Source: Dehalococcoidia bacterium
GTDB taxonomy: Bacteria > Chloroflexota > Dehalococcoidia > Lucifugimonadales > UBA3495
Assembly (NCBI GenBank): GCA_965219925.1
Contig: OZ244795.1
Span: forward strand, 2,122,070-2,186,069
Length of the DNA stretch: 64,000 nt
Direction: 5' to 3'
Below are positions 45,871 through 56,152 of this stretch, piece by piece (the first letter of the stretch is position 1; each line of letters begins with the position of its first letter). Both the position numbers and the translations under genes were made by a program. The notes beneath the pieces are model-generated. The model saw only the letters and a program-made list of their open reading frames with translations, did not search any database and was not told the DNA's origin.

Positions 45871-47559
45871 CTAGGATGAGGACTGGACTTCGGCCAGGCG
45901 GGCCGGCCGGGGCATTTCGTCGGGGTCGGTAGGAATCTCAATGATGCTTGGCCCGTCCACCGCCAGCGCCTGCGTGAATGCCTCCGCAATGTCTTCGGGG
46001 CGGTCAACATAAAAACCGGCGCCTCCGAACAATTCGGCATATTTGTCGAACCGCGGGTTGATGGTGTCCGCGCCCACGTAGCGCTCGTTGAACGCGTATT
46101 TTTGATAAGCCTTTTCCGACCCCCAGCAGTCGTTGTTCATCACTATGGAAATGTTTTTGAGACCGTACCTCACGGCAGTCTCAAACTCCTGGGCGTTGAA
46201 CAAAAAGCCGCCGTCTCCATTGAAGTTGACCACCGGCCGGTTGGGAGCGGCAAAGTTGGCTCCGATGGAAGCCGGGAAGCTGAAGCCAAGCCCTCCCAGA
46301 TCCAGCGCCATTATCAAACTGCGCGGCTGGTAGTAATTGAGGCGATCCTGCCCGAAGTTGGGCGCCAACCCGGCGTCCAGCGCGATTATGGCGTCTCGGG
46401 GCATTACCTTACGCAACTCGGCGTAAACGCGTTGGGGTTTGATGTAGTCGCCGGTCAATTCGCCTTCGGCAGCCAGGCGTGACGCGCGGGCGGCGTTCCA
46501 GGCGGCAACCCGGCTGGTCCAGTCGGCATCGGGACGCAATTCGCCGTCTGCCACGATGCTGTTGATTTCTTCAACCACAGCGCCCACGTCGCCCTCAACA
46601 CCGACCGTTATGGGATAGATGCGGCCGATCTCTTTGGGATCGATTTCGATGTGAACGATCCGGGCGTCGGCGGATATGAAGCGATGGTCAAAGAACGTGG
46701 TCGATTGGCCCAGTCGAGTACCGGCGGCGATGATCACGTCGGCATGGCGCACCGCGTCGATGGCTTCGTCAGCGCCCAGTCGCCCCAGGTGGCCGAGGTA
46801 GTTGGGGTGGTCGTTCGGCACCGCGTCAGCCCGTCCGTAGGAAGTTACGATGGGGGAGCCGGTTAGCTCAGCCAGGCGCGTGACGGCTGAGTCGGCCAGG
46901 CTCCACTCCACGCCGCCACCCGCCACGATCACCGGCCGCTGGGCCGACATAATCTCCCGGGCGGCCGCTTCAACCTGCTGTCTGTCTCCCCTGGAATGTG
47001 CCTGTCCGGTGCGGTAGGCGGAGGGGGCAAGAATGTCCAGATCGATCTCTGCGCCCGGCAACAGGTCCCGCGGGATGTCCACCAGTACCGGCCCCATTTT
47101 GCCGGATGTGGCTATGCGGAAAGCCTGACGCAGGGCATCGGGCAGGCGCTCGATCTTGTTGATGGCAAAACTGGCCTTGGTGATCGGCTCGAACAGGGCA
47201 ACCTGGTCAAATTCCTGCGTGGAATCCAGGTTCTGGTGATCGCGGGAAGCTGACGGCGCCAGAACCACCACCGGAGAATGGGATACGTAGGCAGAGGCGA
47301 TCCCGTAGGTGAGGTTCAACACGCCAGGGCCATTGGTTACGAGGCAGACCGACGGCTGACCGGAAATACGGCTGTACCCGTCGGCCATCAGCGCCGCGCC
47401 CTGTTCGTGGCGCACGCCGATAAATTCCATGTCGTTTCGGTCGTACAGCGGATCCAGAATGTCCAAAAATGAAGAGCCAACAATACCGAAAATCTTGCTG
47501 ACTCCTTCCTGCTGCAACAGTTCGATAACCGCTGCGCCGGCCTTCATGCGCTGGGCCAT
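45871..47559 (-). CDS. thiamine-diphosphate-dependent enzyme, acetolactate synthase large-subunit-like
   Basis: 562 aa with the N-terminal Pyr domain (IFGIVGSSFLDILD...HEQGAALMADGYSRISG...TNGPGVLNL) and the C-terminal PP domain (NGDGGFLFN). Confidence 0.8.
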   Translation of the reverse strand: MAQRMKAGAAVIELLQQEGVSKIFGIVGSSFLDILDPLYDRNDMEFIGVRHEQGAALMADGYSRISGQPSVCLVTNGPGVLNLTYGIASAYVSHSPVVVLAPSASRDHQNLDSTQEFDQVALFEPITKASFAINKIERLPDALRQAFRIATSGKMGPVLVDIPRDLLPGAEIDLDILAPSAYRTGQAHSRGDRQQVEAAAREIMSAQRPVIVAGGGVEWSLADSAVTRLAELTGSPIVTSYGRADAVPNDHPNYLGHLGRLGADEAIDAVRHADVIIAAGTRLGQSTTFFDHRFISADARIVHIEIDPKEIGRIYPITVGVEGDVGAVVEEINSIVADGELRPDADWTSRVAAWNAARASRLAAEGELTGDYIKPQRVYAELRKVMPRDAIIALDAGLAPNFGQDRLNYYQPRSLIMALDLGGLGFSFPASIGANFAAPNRPVVNFNGDGGFLFNAQEFETAVRYGLKNISIVMNNDCWGSEKAYQKYAFNERYVGADTINPRFDKYAELFGGAGFYVDRPEDIAEAFTQALAVDGPSIIEIPTDPDEMPRPARLAEVQSSS

Positions 47560-47724
47560 TTTTGTACACTCCTACGGGTATTGAGAAATCGTGGCAAGTG
47601 TATCATACGGCAGCGACGGGTCGCAGTTGCAGCCGCGTTCACCGCGGCGCATCGTGAGAGGCTCTGACTCCACGTTGGACTTCCGACACTTGCCCCGCTA
47701 ACCGAAATCCACCAGAATGCTACA

Positions 47725-48108
47725 ATGAAAACGAACGATGGCAGCCGGCCAGCATGGCGATTCGTTGACGGGTCAATATCGGTCAGCACGAGTATGTTGG
47801 TCGCAGTTGCCCTCAATAATTGTGCATTTTGCGAAAAACTGCCTGTTCTGGGATTCCTCACAGAGCTTACCAGCCGGGAAGATGGGACGATAATAGTAGC
47901 TACATTGTTACTGTTCCCCACTACTGTTGCACTTTACGGAGTTTTCAAAATGTTCTTCGCAGCCAAGGAAGCAGTAGAGAAGAAAGCCAGAGAGCGCGGG
48001 CGCAAAGAGGAGCGTGAGCGCATCAGCAAGGTGCTGGAGCAGCAGGGTGTACCGCTTACTCCGGAACTCGTTAGAGTCCTGTCAGGCGAACCCGATGAAC
48101 GCTCCTGA
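47725..48108 (+). CDS. hypothetical small protein (possible TM segment plus basic coiled tail)
   Basis: ORF in a lower-GC patch with a hydrophobic stretch (IIVATLLLFPTTVALYGVFKMFF) and a KKARERGRKEERER tail. No recognisable family; the start is uncertain. Confidence 0.3.
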   Translation: MKTNDGSRPAWRFVDGSISVSTSMLVAVALNNCAFCEKLPVLGFLTELTSREDGTIIVATLLLFPTTVALYGVFKMFFAAKEAVEKKARERGRKEERERISKVLEQQGVPLTPELVRVLSGEPDERS

Positions 48109-48267
48109 TTCCCAATTGGCCCCTAATTGGTTTATCCGCACCGTGTGTAACAGTGAAAGATTTAGAGCAAATGTCAGCGGTGGAACTACTCCAAACACTC
48201 CGGAGATTTTTCGTCTGAACGACGCAAGCATCGAAGCGCTGAATCATCCATCCTGTTCATCCCAAGA

Positions 48268-48380
48268 CCTTTTCAAAGTCGTCCGACCCCCGCTCATGGT
48301 GAGCTTGTCGAACCATCGGCGACCGTCCTTCGACAGGCTCAGGACGAGCGGGTGTTTAATTTCCACGACTTTGAAAAGGC
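48268..48380. repeat. palindromic repeat related to the SLSNH/DRLRTSG module family
   Basis: Outer arms ccttttcaaagtcgt (48268-48282) and acgactttgaaaagg (48365-48379). Inner segment: cccgctcatggtgagcttgtcgaacc...ttcgacaggctcaggacgagcggg. Confidence 0.75.
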
Positions 48381-48458
48381 CCTGCGTCCATCCATGGAAA
48401 TAACGCCTGCCCTCTCATCCCGTGCTATAATGCGGCATCAAAAATTAGGAGGCCTCCC

Positions 48459-49625
48459 ATGAGCACAGTGGCAGTGGAGGTAGTGTACCGGGGTATATTC
48501 CAAAAGACCCTGGCTCGGAATATTGTCCGCAGCATTGTATTCGCCGCTCGCAAAGAAGGAAAGATCGGCACGGCATTTGGCCGTTACGGCGATTCTCCGG
48601 AAAGGAATGGTATCCCGGCGAAGCAATTTGCGGTGGTGGCCGATAGCCCCGAAGAGCTGGAAGAAAACCTCACGGTATACGAGGCTCGGGAGGTGGACGT
48701 TACCATCAACGTCGACGACACGATGTGCAAGGGCGTTGAATCGTGGGCCTGGTATGGATTGCAGCCGATCAACGCCCTGACCAAGGCTGGCGGCACCCTG
48801 ATCGTAACTTCCCGCCAGGATGCCGACGCGCTCATCGAGGACATCCACCAGAAGGATACCGCCTACAACCTGGCAATCATCCCGGCAAGCACCAGCTATT
48901 CGGGATTGTGGGTTTATAAAGACGACCACACCGATGCCCGCATACTGGGCGCCCTCGCCAAGGTATGTCCAGACTTGGTGAGCCTGGAATCCATGGTTGC
49001 GGCCATCGACGACCAGGGTTGGGGCAATCTCAAGCAAATTTCCGCCCGCAACAGCTTCGACCGCACCACCTTCCGTCCGGTAGAACCCGGCGAAGGAAAC
49101 GACGACACGCCGTTCAGTTTCGACCTTCCCGGCTGGAAATCCATGGAAGAAGGTTTGGTAATTCGGGGAATCGAAGAAGGCGGCGGTTTCCGCGGCGGCA
49201 GCGAAGGTTACCAGCCCATCCGCAACTCGGTGTTCAAGAAATTCAGCACCCGCGCCATGCGCCCGGTCATCAATTTCGACACCTGCATCAAGTGTACGCT
49301 GTGCTGGTTGCAGTGTCCCGACACCTGCTTCGACGTTACTCCCGAGGGCCTCTACGACGCCAATATGGAAGCTTGCTGCGGTTGCGCGGTCTGCGAAGCC
49401 GTTTGTCCGGTTCCCGACTGCGTTGTGATGGTAAACGAAGCCGAATTCAACGATAACAACAGCCAGTACGAACACTGGACGCAGGACAAAGACGGCTATC
49501 ACAAGTGGATGGCCGAGCTGATCGAAGTTCAGAGGACCAAAGACGCCGACCGCAGCCACGGCTATCACAGCCCCGGCAAGTACGAAACGGAGTCTGAGGT
49601 TGCGCTCACCGGAGACGATGACTAA
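48459..49625 (+). CDS. 2-oxoacid:ferredoxin oxidoreductase gamma subunit fused to a delta (2x[4Fe-4S] ferredoxin) domain
   Basis: The N-terminal gamma-like domain is followed by CIKCTLCWLQCP and CCGCAVCEAVCP cluster motifs. An extended -10-like TGCTATAAT lies at 48423-48431. Confidence 0.8.
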   Translation: MSTVAVEVVYRGIFQKTLARNIVRSIVFAARKEGKIGTAFGRYGDSPERNGIPAKQFAVVADSPEELEENLTVYEAREVDVTINVDDTMCKGVESWAWYGLQPINALTKAGGTLIVTSRQDADALIEDIHQKDTAYNLAIIPASTSYSGLWVYKDDHTDARILGALAKVCPDLVSLESMVAAIDDQGWGNLKQISARNSFDRTTFRPVEPGEGNDDTPFSFDLPGWKSMEEGLVIRGIEEGGGFRGGSEGYQPIRNSVFKKFSTRAMRPVINFDTCIKCTLCWLQCPDTCFDVTPEGLYDANMEACCGCAVCEAVCPVPDCVVMVNEAEFNDNNSQYEHWTQDKDGYHKWMAELIEVQRTKDADRSHGYHSPGKYETESEVALTGDDD

Positions 49626-50842
49626 TGGCGACGCAAGAAATGCAACAAACCGAGCGCGAAGAGCTCATCAGCGGCAGCGAAGCCATTGCCATTGCGTGTT
49701 CCCTGGCTGACGTTGACGTAATTACCGCATATCCGATTCGCCCTTACGACACGGTTATGCAGTACGTGTCGAAACTCAAGGCCGACGGCGTTTTCGACTG
49801 CGACTTTATCGTGGCCGAAAGCGAACATTCCCAGTTCGAAATCGTCAAACACGCCTCTGCCGTGGGCGCCCGCACATTCTGCGGCTCCAGCGGCGTGGGC
49901 TGGTTCTACGCCTTTGAAGCCATAACCGTTACCGCCGGCTTGCGTCTCCCTGTGGTCGCAATGGTTGGCAACCGGGCCCTGGACGACCCGGGCGCTTTCG
50001 GCGTCGAGCATAACGACGCTCTGGCCGTGCGCGACCTCGGTTGGCTGCTCTACTGGGTGGCCACGGCGCAAGAGGCCATGGACATCGCACTGATGGCCTG
50101 GCGCATCGCTGAAGACTCCAGGGTATTCCTGCCCATGGCCATCTCCTGCGACGGTTCGTTCCTGACGCACTCGCAGGCCATCGTCAACGTGCCGACCCAG
50201 GAACAGGTCGACCGCTACTTGCCTCAGTACGACCGCGGGCGACTGCAGCTGCATCCGGACAACCCCATCACCGTGGCTCCCCAGGTGAACGAAGACTGGC
50301 TGATGGAAATCCGCCGGCAAACGGACGACGCAATGCGGCGTACCAGTGATGTCATCAAGGAAGCCTACGACGAGTTCAAGCAACTCTTCGGACGCGGCGA
50401 CGATAGCCCATTCATCGACGAATATATGACCGAAGACGCCGACATTGTCCTCGTGGGAATGGGTACGCTGGCGTCGCCGGCGCGAGTCGCCGTGCGGCGG
50501 ATGCGCGAGCAGGGCAAGAAAGTTGGCTTCCTGCGGATCAAGTTTTTCCGCCCCTTCGCCACTGAAGAAGTGCGAGAGGCGCTCAGCCATTGCAAGGCGG
50601 TAGGGGTAGTGGATCGCGATTATTCATACGGTTCGCCATCATTCGGTGGCGTGTTGTTCAACGAAATCCGATCAGCTTTGTACACCCTGGACAATCGCCC
50701 GCTGGTGCAGAGTTTTGTCGCTGGTTTGGGTGGACGCGAAGTCCTCGTGCGCGACGTTGAAGAAATGACGGGCATGGTTCAGGATTCAATTGACTCAGGC
50801 AAAGTTAAGGACGAAAACACCTGGATTGGTGTCCGGGAATAG
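49625..50842 (+). CDS. porA: 2-oxoacid:ferredoxin oxidoreductase alpha subunit
   Basis: ELISGSEAIAIACSLADVDVITAYPIRPY is the typical PorA/VorA N-terminus. Its start overlaps the upstream stop. Confidence 0.8.
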   Translation: MATQEMQQTEREELISGSEAIAIACSLADVDVITAYPIRPYDTVMQYVSKLKADGVFDCDFIVAESEHSQFEIVKHASAVGARTFCGSSGVGWFYAFEAITVTAGLRLPVVAMVGNRALDDPGAFGVEHNDALAVRDLGWLLYWVATAQEAMDIALMAWRIAEDSRVFLPMAISCDGSFLTHSQAIVNVPTQEQVDRYLPQYDRGRLQLHPDNPITVAPQVNEDWLMEIRRQTDDAMRRTSDVIKEAYDEFKQLFGRGDDSPFIDEYMTEDADIVLVGMGTLASPARVAVRRMREQGKKVGFLRIKFFRPFATEEVREALSHCKAVGVVDRDYSYGSPSFGGVLFNEIRSALYTLDNRPLVQSFVAGLGGREVLVRDVEEMTGMVQDSIDSGKVKDENTWIGVRE

Positions 50843-50852
50843 GAGGGCCGTA

Positions 50853-51851
50853 ATGACAACCATGATGCAAGACCTCCCCCAGGTCAGGGGAGTCAAACAA
50901 ATACCAGTCTTTGAGGGGTTCACGTCCGGTCATCGCACCTGTCAGGGCTGTGAATCAGCGCTGGTGATGCGTCTGATGATCAAGGCCGCCGGCCCTCGCA
51001 CCATAGTGGTGGGCAGCACCGGTTGCATGTATGTGGCCAATACCACCTACTACAGCACGCCCTGGGTTGTGCCGTGGATGCATACGCAGCTGGGTTCCAG
51101 CGGTTCCGCTGCCACTGGCACCGCAGCCGGCCTGGCCTCGCTGATGCGCAAGGGCAAGATGGCTGAAGAACCCATCAACGTCATCGCGTTCTGCGGCGAC
51201 GGCGGCGGCGTCGATATGGGCCTGTCGGCCATTTCGGCAGCCCTCCAGCACGACGAGTACAACCTGCTCATCTTGTGCTACGACAATGAATCCTACGCCA
51301 ACACCGATATCCAGGTGTCGGGTTCCAGTCCGTGGGGCGCCAATTCCACGTTCTCACCCCCTGGCAAGGTTCATCGGATCATGAACAAACGCTGGAAGAA
51401 GAACACGGTGCCAATGCTGGCAGCCGGCCACCCCGACGTCCGTTATGTAGCCACCGCTTGCGGTTCCTACGGCCCGGACTTCACCAACAAGATCCGGCGG
51501 GCCCTCACCATTGGCGGCCCGACCTTTATCCACAGCATCGACCCTTGCCCCAAGGGTTGGGACTACGACCCCAAGTATTCTCACGAACTGGGGATGCTGG
51601 CTGTCGAAACCGGCATCTGGGTCCAGTACGAAATCGCCGACGGGGAACTCATCCTCAATGGCCCGTCCCGGGCCATCGCCCGTGGTATTCGCCGACGGAA
51701 GCCCGTTACCGAATATCTGCAGCGACAGGGACGATTCGCTCACCTGAACGAAGAAGACCTGCAATACTTCCAGGATCGCATCGATGAGTCCTGGGAGAAA
51801 TGGTGGATCCCCGGCATTGTGCCCTTTGGCCCTGCCGACCAGGGCGCCTAG
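50853..51851 (+). CDS. porB: 2-oxoacid:ferredoxin oxidoreductase beta (TPP-binding) subunit
   Basis: Contains SGHRTCQGCE and the TPP motif FCGDGGGVDMG...YDNESYANT. AGGAGGG RBS before ATG 50853. Confidence 0.8.
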   Translation: MTTMMQDLPQVRGVKQIPVFEGFTSGHRTCQGCESALVMRLMIKAAGPRTIVVGSTGCMYVANTTYYSTPWVVPWMHTQLGSSGSAATGTAAGLASLMRKGKMAEEPINVIAFCGDGGGVDMGLSAISAALQHDEYNLLILCYDNESYANTDIQVSGSSPWGANSTFSPPGKVHRIMNKRWKKNTVPMLAAGHPDVRYVATACGSYGPDFTNKIRRALTIGGPTFIHSIDPCPKGWDYDPKYSHELGMLAVETGIWVQYEIADGELILNGPSRAIARGIRRRKPVTEYLQRQGRFAHLNEEDLQYFQDRIDESWEKWWIPGIVPFGPADQGA

Positions 51852-51901
51852 CTTACCCAAGTCGTGGCGTGTCCGGAGCGCCGCATGATGCAGACTCCTA
51901 T

Positions 51902-51931
51902 CGACGCCGAGGTGTTAACACTTCGGCGTCG
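51902..51931 (+). terminator. 30-nt near-perfect palindrome after the por operon
   Basis: cgacgccgaggtgtt|aacacttcggcgtcg (one G-U position). It is followed by a partial direct repeat gtgtctaacacttc. No U-tract, so it could instead be a protein-binding site. Confidence 0.35.
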
Positions 51932-52029
51932 GTGTCTAACACTTCAGGCAATCCAGCCGGCAAGTTGCGTTGACCGGGTGATGAGGTGTGCTAAACTGGC
52001 GGCTCAACCAGCCGAATTTGAGGTTCCGC

Positions 52030-52503
52030 ATGGTAAAAATCGCTCTGACGCTTGAAGGCGAAACCGATGAAGTTATCGCTGCCATACGGCAGCTTGCGGT
52101 TGGTGATAGTGTGCCGGTAGCAACCGGCGGAAATGTCGCCGGGGCAACACCGGTTGCACTCCCAACGGAGGGCGGAACACCCGATCCGCCAGCCCCCCAC
52201 GAAGACTGGACTCCCGATCATGTACGCGCGTTCTGGGGATTTCTGGCATCCGACGCAAAGGACATATACCGAAAAGTAGCGCGAGCCAATGGTTACGCGT
52301 TGCCGCGTCAATCTTTACTTACCGATATGGGGCTGTCGATCCGCCAGTTGTCAGGGCGCTTGTCTTCGCAGGGCCATGCGGTACGGCGGATTCGCCAATC
52401 ACGCCACGTCACTTTGCCACACCCCATGGCATTTGATCCGCAATCACAGGAATACAAAATGTTACCGGATGTTGCCGACCCACTGGTTACGCTCGGCCTG
52501 TGA
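52030..52503 (+). CDS. hypothetical protein
   Basis: 157 aa from ATG 52030 (MVKIALTLEGETDEVIAAIRQL...). Pro-rich linker, then a basic C-terminal half. No family recognised. Confidence 0.45.
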   Translation: MVKIALTLEGETDEVIAAIRQLAVGDSVPVATGGNVAGATPVALPTEGGTPDPPAPHEDWTPDHVRAFWGFLASDAKDIYRKVARANGYALPRQSLLTDMGLSIRQLSGRLSSQGHAVRRIRQSRHVTLPHPMAFDPQSQEYKMLPDVADPLVTLGL

Positions 52504-52568
52504 AGAAATATACGATATCTTGTAACATCTCCAGCAAACACATTCAGTAACCCAAAAGGAGGTGGTCA

Positions 52569-53690
52569 ATGCGACTTGACCCAATCAATCTATACGACTA
52601 TGAGGCAAGGGCGAAGCAAATCCTCCCGCACAACAACTGGGAGTTCATTGAGGCCGGCTCAATGGACGAAATCACCACGGCGCGTAACCGCTCGGCTTTC
52701 GAAGCGCTGACCTTGCGCCCTCGCTTTATGCGGGATACGACCGAGCGGAAAGTTGCCACCACTGTCCTGGGACAGGATATTAGTTTCCCCGTGATGATTT
52801 CTCCCACCGGCGGTCACGGCAACGCTCATCCGGATGCCGAGTGCGCCACCGCTCGCGGCGCCGGAATGTCCAACACGCTGATGATGTGCAGCACCTCGTC
52901 CAATTGCAGCCTGGAGGAAATCGCCGAGGCGAGCACTGGACCGTTGTGGTTCCAGCTTTATCACCGTGGCTACGATTTGACCGAGAACCTGGTGAAACGG
53001 GCCGAGGCAGCCGGTTTCCGAGCCATCGTGCTAACCGTGGACACGCCGGCTCCCAGCCCCAAAGAGCGCGACGTTCGGAATCGCTACCAGCGGCCCGGAG
53101 AATTGGGTAACTTCCGCGAGCAGCAGGACCAGTTGTCACAGGTCAGTGGAACCGACGAGTCGCCGACTTGGGAAATGCCCCAGTCTCCGCCGCTTACCTG
53201 GCAGGAACTCGACTGGTTGCGCAGCTTGACCGACCTACCCATAGTTTTGAAAGGCATCCGCGTCGCCGAAGACGCCCGCCTGGCGGTTGAACACGGAGCG
53301 AACGGCATCCTGGTTTCAACCCACGGAGGGCGGCAACTGGACAGCACCATGTCCAGCATCGAAATGGTTCCCGAAATCAAGGCTGTGGTTGGCGACAAGG
53401 CGGAAATCTACGTGGATTCCGGGGTTCGCCGCGGCAGTGACGTGTTGAAAGCCCTGGCGCTGGGCGCCACCGCGGTTGCCGTGGGTCGCCCGTTGTACTG
53501 GGGATTGGCCGTCAATGGCGCTGAGGGCGTCCATCACATGTTGGAACTCCTGCGCGAGGAATTCAATCGTGCGATGGCGTACTGCGGACAAAACAGCGTT
53601 GACGAACTCGAAGATCGTTTGTTGAACATCCCGCGCGAGTGGGGCCCGTTCCGCACCGAGAACGATATCGCTGAACACCTGCCTTTCTAG
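52569..53690 (+). CDS. FMN-dependent alpha-hydroxy acid dehydrogenase/oxidase (LldD/glycolate oxidase family)
   Basis: Contains YDYEARAKQILPHNNWEFIEAGSMDEITTARNRSAFE, LTVDTP, VSTHGGRQLD and DSGVRRGSDVLKALALGA. Confidence 0.85.
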   Translation: MRLDPINLYDYEARAKQILPHNNWEFIEAGSMDEITTARNRSAFEALTLRPRFMRDTTERKVATTVLGQDISFPVMISPTGGHGNAHPDAECATARGAGMSNTLMMCSTSSNCSLEEIAEASTGPLWFQLYHRGYDLTENLVKRAEAAGFRAIVLTVDTPAPSPKERDVRNRYQRPGELGNFREQQDQLSQVSGTDESPTWEMPQSPPLTWQELDWLRSLTDLPIVLKGIRVAEDARLAVEHGANGILVSTHGGRQLDSTMSSIEMVPEIKAVVGDKAEIYVDSGVRRGSDVLKALALGATAVAVGRPLYWGLAVNGAEGVHHMLELLREEFNRAMAYCGQNSVDELEDRLLNIPREWGPFRTENDIAEHLPF

Positions 53691-53796
53691 CCTTCACCCC
53701 CGGGTTACATAACAGACCGCCGCCGAGCCAATGATCCAGCGGCGGTTTTTCGTGGCCCTCGGTTTTTATACTGGGGATGTGGTGCCATTGGCGACG

Positions 53797-54591
53797 CTAA
53801 TTGTCGGCGGCAACGGGCATTTCCAGGTTGAGCGAGGCCACGAAACCGTCGAGCAACCGGTTGAACTCTGCTGGCTGCTCGAAGTGCGTGGAATGCGCGG
53901 CGCCCGCGACCACTTCCAGTCGGCTGGACGGCATCAACTCATGCACGGTTTCGATAACGTGCACCGGAAATATCTTGTCCTCCGTTCCCACAACCAATAG
54001 CGTCGGCACACGGAAGTTTGCCAGATCCGATGCCTGTGGCCCGTCGGGGCTCCTGAACAGGCCGGACACGATACTCACCGGCATCTCCCGGTTTATGCGC
54101 CCAATGGTTCCGAATAAAAACGTCAGCGACGGCTGCGTTTCTATGAACCCGTCGCTCAGTGCGCGACGCAACGGGTGTTGCGGCGGGTGTACATCGTGGA
54201 GCAACGAAACCACTGACTGGTCACCGATCCCTCCCGTAGTGTCGGCCAGCACCAACCCGGACACGCGCTCGGGTTGTCGCAGGGCCAGCCCCAGGCAGGT
54301 TACCCCGCCCATGGATTGCGCCACCAGGACGGCCTGGTCGATCTCCAGATAGTCCAGCAGCGCAGCCAGGTCGTTGACGAATTCCTCGCGGTCGGGTTCC
54401 GCATCCGCGCCGGCGGTCAGGCCCCATCCCCGGTGATCGAAGGTAACGCACCGGAAACGATCGTTGAACGCGGCAACCTGCTGCCACCAGCTCAGATGGT
54501 TGCCACCGCGGCCATGGGCAAAAACTATTGCCGGCCCTTCGCCGTGGCTCTCGTAAAACAGCTGCGTGCCGTTGATGGGTGCATAAGGCAT
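53797..54591 (-). CDS. alpha/beta hydrolase (3-oxoadipate enol-lactonase-like)
   Basis: Contains IVFAHGRGGNHLSWWQQ, the nucleophile elbow VAQSMGG and a C-terminal AAHSTHFEQP. Confidence 0.8.
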   Translation of the reverse strand: MPYAPINGTQLFYESHGEGPAIVFAHGRGGNHLSWWQQVAAFNDRFRCVTFDHRGWGLTAGADAEPDREEFVNDLAALLDYLEIDQAVLVAQSMGGVTCLGLALRQPERVSGLVLADTTGGIGDQSVVSLLHDVHPPQHPLRRALSDGFIETQPSLTFLFGTIGRINREMPVSIVSGLFRSPDGPQASDLANFRVPTLLVVGTEDKIFPVHVIETVHELMPSSRLEVVAGAAHSTHFEQPAEFNRLLDGFVASLNLEMPVAADN

Positions 54592-54678
54592 TGCTTTTCT
54601 CCTGTGGCGGTTTGTGCAGACCGGTGAGCGCTACCGGATTGGCGGTTCAAAGATCAAATGCCGCCAGGGCGGCCACGT

Positions 54679-55332
54679 TTACAACGGCCATTCTTCGCAG
54701 CGGTATGCGGCATCCCAGAACATCAACTCGTAGCGGCTGCTGGTTACGAATGCGTAGCGCATTGCCTGCCGTTCCTGCTCGCCTACCCTGGCGGCCATTT
54801 CATCCACGAACGCCCGCCACGCGTCCACACTGGATTGCAAAAAACCCTCGACGTAAAAGCGTGTCCATTGACCGTAGAGTGGATGCTCCGACTGGCCGAC
54901 TTCGTCCTTCAACAGGTGGTAAGTCCACGGGCAGGGAAGCAGCCCGGCGGCAGTTGGCCCCAGGCCGTGCATGGCCGCGGTGTTCAACATGTGATTGACG
55001 TACGCCGTGTTGGTCGGCGAACGGGGGACGCTCTCCACCTGGGCCATAGTCAGGCCCGCCGCTTCGATCAGTTGGTGGTGCAATGGCCGCTCCACTGGAG
55101 TCATCACCCGGTGCGCCAGTTGCTGCAGAAGGTCCGAGTCGGGAGCCTTCGCCAACGCCAGGGCCACGGTTCTGCCAAACCCCTCCAGGTAGTGATAGTC
55201 CTGCCCAAGGTAGTAACGGAACGTATCCAGGGGAAGCGTTCCGTTCTTGATCTCGGCAAGGAATGGGTGGGCGAATATTGCCTCCCAAATGGGACGCGTC
55301 GCGTCGCGCAACTCCTGGCTAAAACTGACCAT
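54679..55332 (-). CDS. tenA: TenA/thiaminase II family (heme-oxygenase-like fold) protein
   Basis: FSQELRDATRPIWEAIFAHPFLAEIKNGTLPLDTFRYYLGQDYHYL is the typical TenA N-terminus. Start set at ATG 55332. Confidence 0.75.
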   Translation of the reverse strand: MVSFSQELRDATRPIWEAIFAHPFLAEIKNGTLPLDTFRYYLGQDYHYLEGFGRTVALALAKAPDSDLLQQLAHRVMTPVERPLHHQLIEAAGLTMAQVESVPRSPTNTAYVNHMLNTAAMHGLGPTAAGLLPCPWTYHLLKDEVGQSEHPLYGQWTRFYVEGFLQSSVDAWRAFVDEMAARVGEQERQAMRYAFVTSSRYELMFWDAAYRCEEWPL

Positions 55333-55349
55333 ATCGACTCCCGTGCGCG

Positions 55350-56096
55350 TCACCACGTTTCGTTTATCAGGACCAATTCGGCGTGAGCCGCGTATTCGCA
55401 TCCGAACGCTTCCCCCACCTCACGGGCGTGGGCAGTCAGAAATTGAAATGGCCCGTCGCCCACGTCCCCCAGATTCGCCAGGTACGCTTTGTGCTCCCGC
55501 AGCGATGCCATACCGGTTTGCCAATACCCCGACACATCCACCGCATGATTCGGAACCGTGCTGCCGAACACCGCCACAAACCGGACTTCGTTCCAGGGCT
55601 GCAGCCCTTCGTCCAGCAATTCAGGGAATATCCAGCGGTTGCCGGCATCGCGGGCCGCATCGAACACCGCCAACCCAACCCACCGGTGATCCGCCATATT
55701 CAGGTGGCCGCTGGCAAATTGTACGTGATGGTTGATCGTGATGATGACATCGGGTTGATGCCGGCGAATCACTCGGCTCAGGTCCTGGCGCAGGGGAAGT
55801 CCATATTCAATGACCCCGTCGGCGTGGTCCAGAAACTCCACCGTGTCCACGCCCACCACCCGCGCGCTGTTGATTTCTTCCTGGGCGCGCAGCGGCCCCA
55901 CCTCAGCAGGGTGCATACTGTCGATGCCGGCCTCGCCTCTGCTTACCATAACGTACACAATCCGCTTGCCCTGGGATGTCCATTTGGCAATCGCGCTGGC
56001 TGCACCATACTCCAGATCATCCGGGTGCGCGACGACGGCCAGCGCCGTTTGCCAGTTTTCGGGCACTGGGATCAGCGGTGCGGCGGGTTGTTGCAT
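55350..56096 (-). CDS. PIG-L/LmbE family N-acetylglucosaminyl deacetylase
   Basis: Contains ALAVVAHPDDLEYGAA (AHPDDxE zinc motif) and HxDH-type histidines. Confidence 0.8.
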   Translation of the reverse strand: MQQPAAPLIPVPENWQTALAVVAHPDDLEYGAASAIAKWTSQGKRIVYVMVSRGEAGIDSMHPAEVGPLRAQEEINSARVVGVDTVEFLDHADGVIEYGLPLRQDLSRVIRRHQPDVIITINHHVQFASGHLNMADHRWVGLAVFDAARDAGNRWIFPELLDEGLQPWNEVRFVAVFGSTVPNHAVDVSGYWQTGMASLREHKAYLANLGDVGDGPFQFLTAHAREVGEAFGCEYAAHAELVLINETW

Positions 56097-56152
56097 CTTG
56101 CCTCCAGGGGCATAGTCGGGCGGTGATGGGGAATAGTCGGGCGGACATGGTA

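Noticed and set aside
48459-51851. por operon as unusual because gamma and delta are fused
   Set aside because: Gamma-delta fusions and three-gene 2-oxoacid:ferredoxin oxidoreductase operons are common. The substrate (pyruvate or another 2-oxoacid) cannot be determined from sequence by eye.
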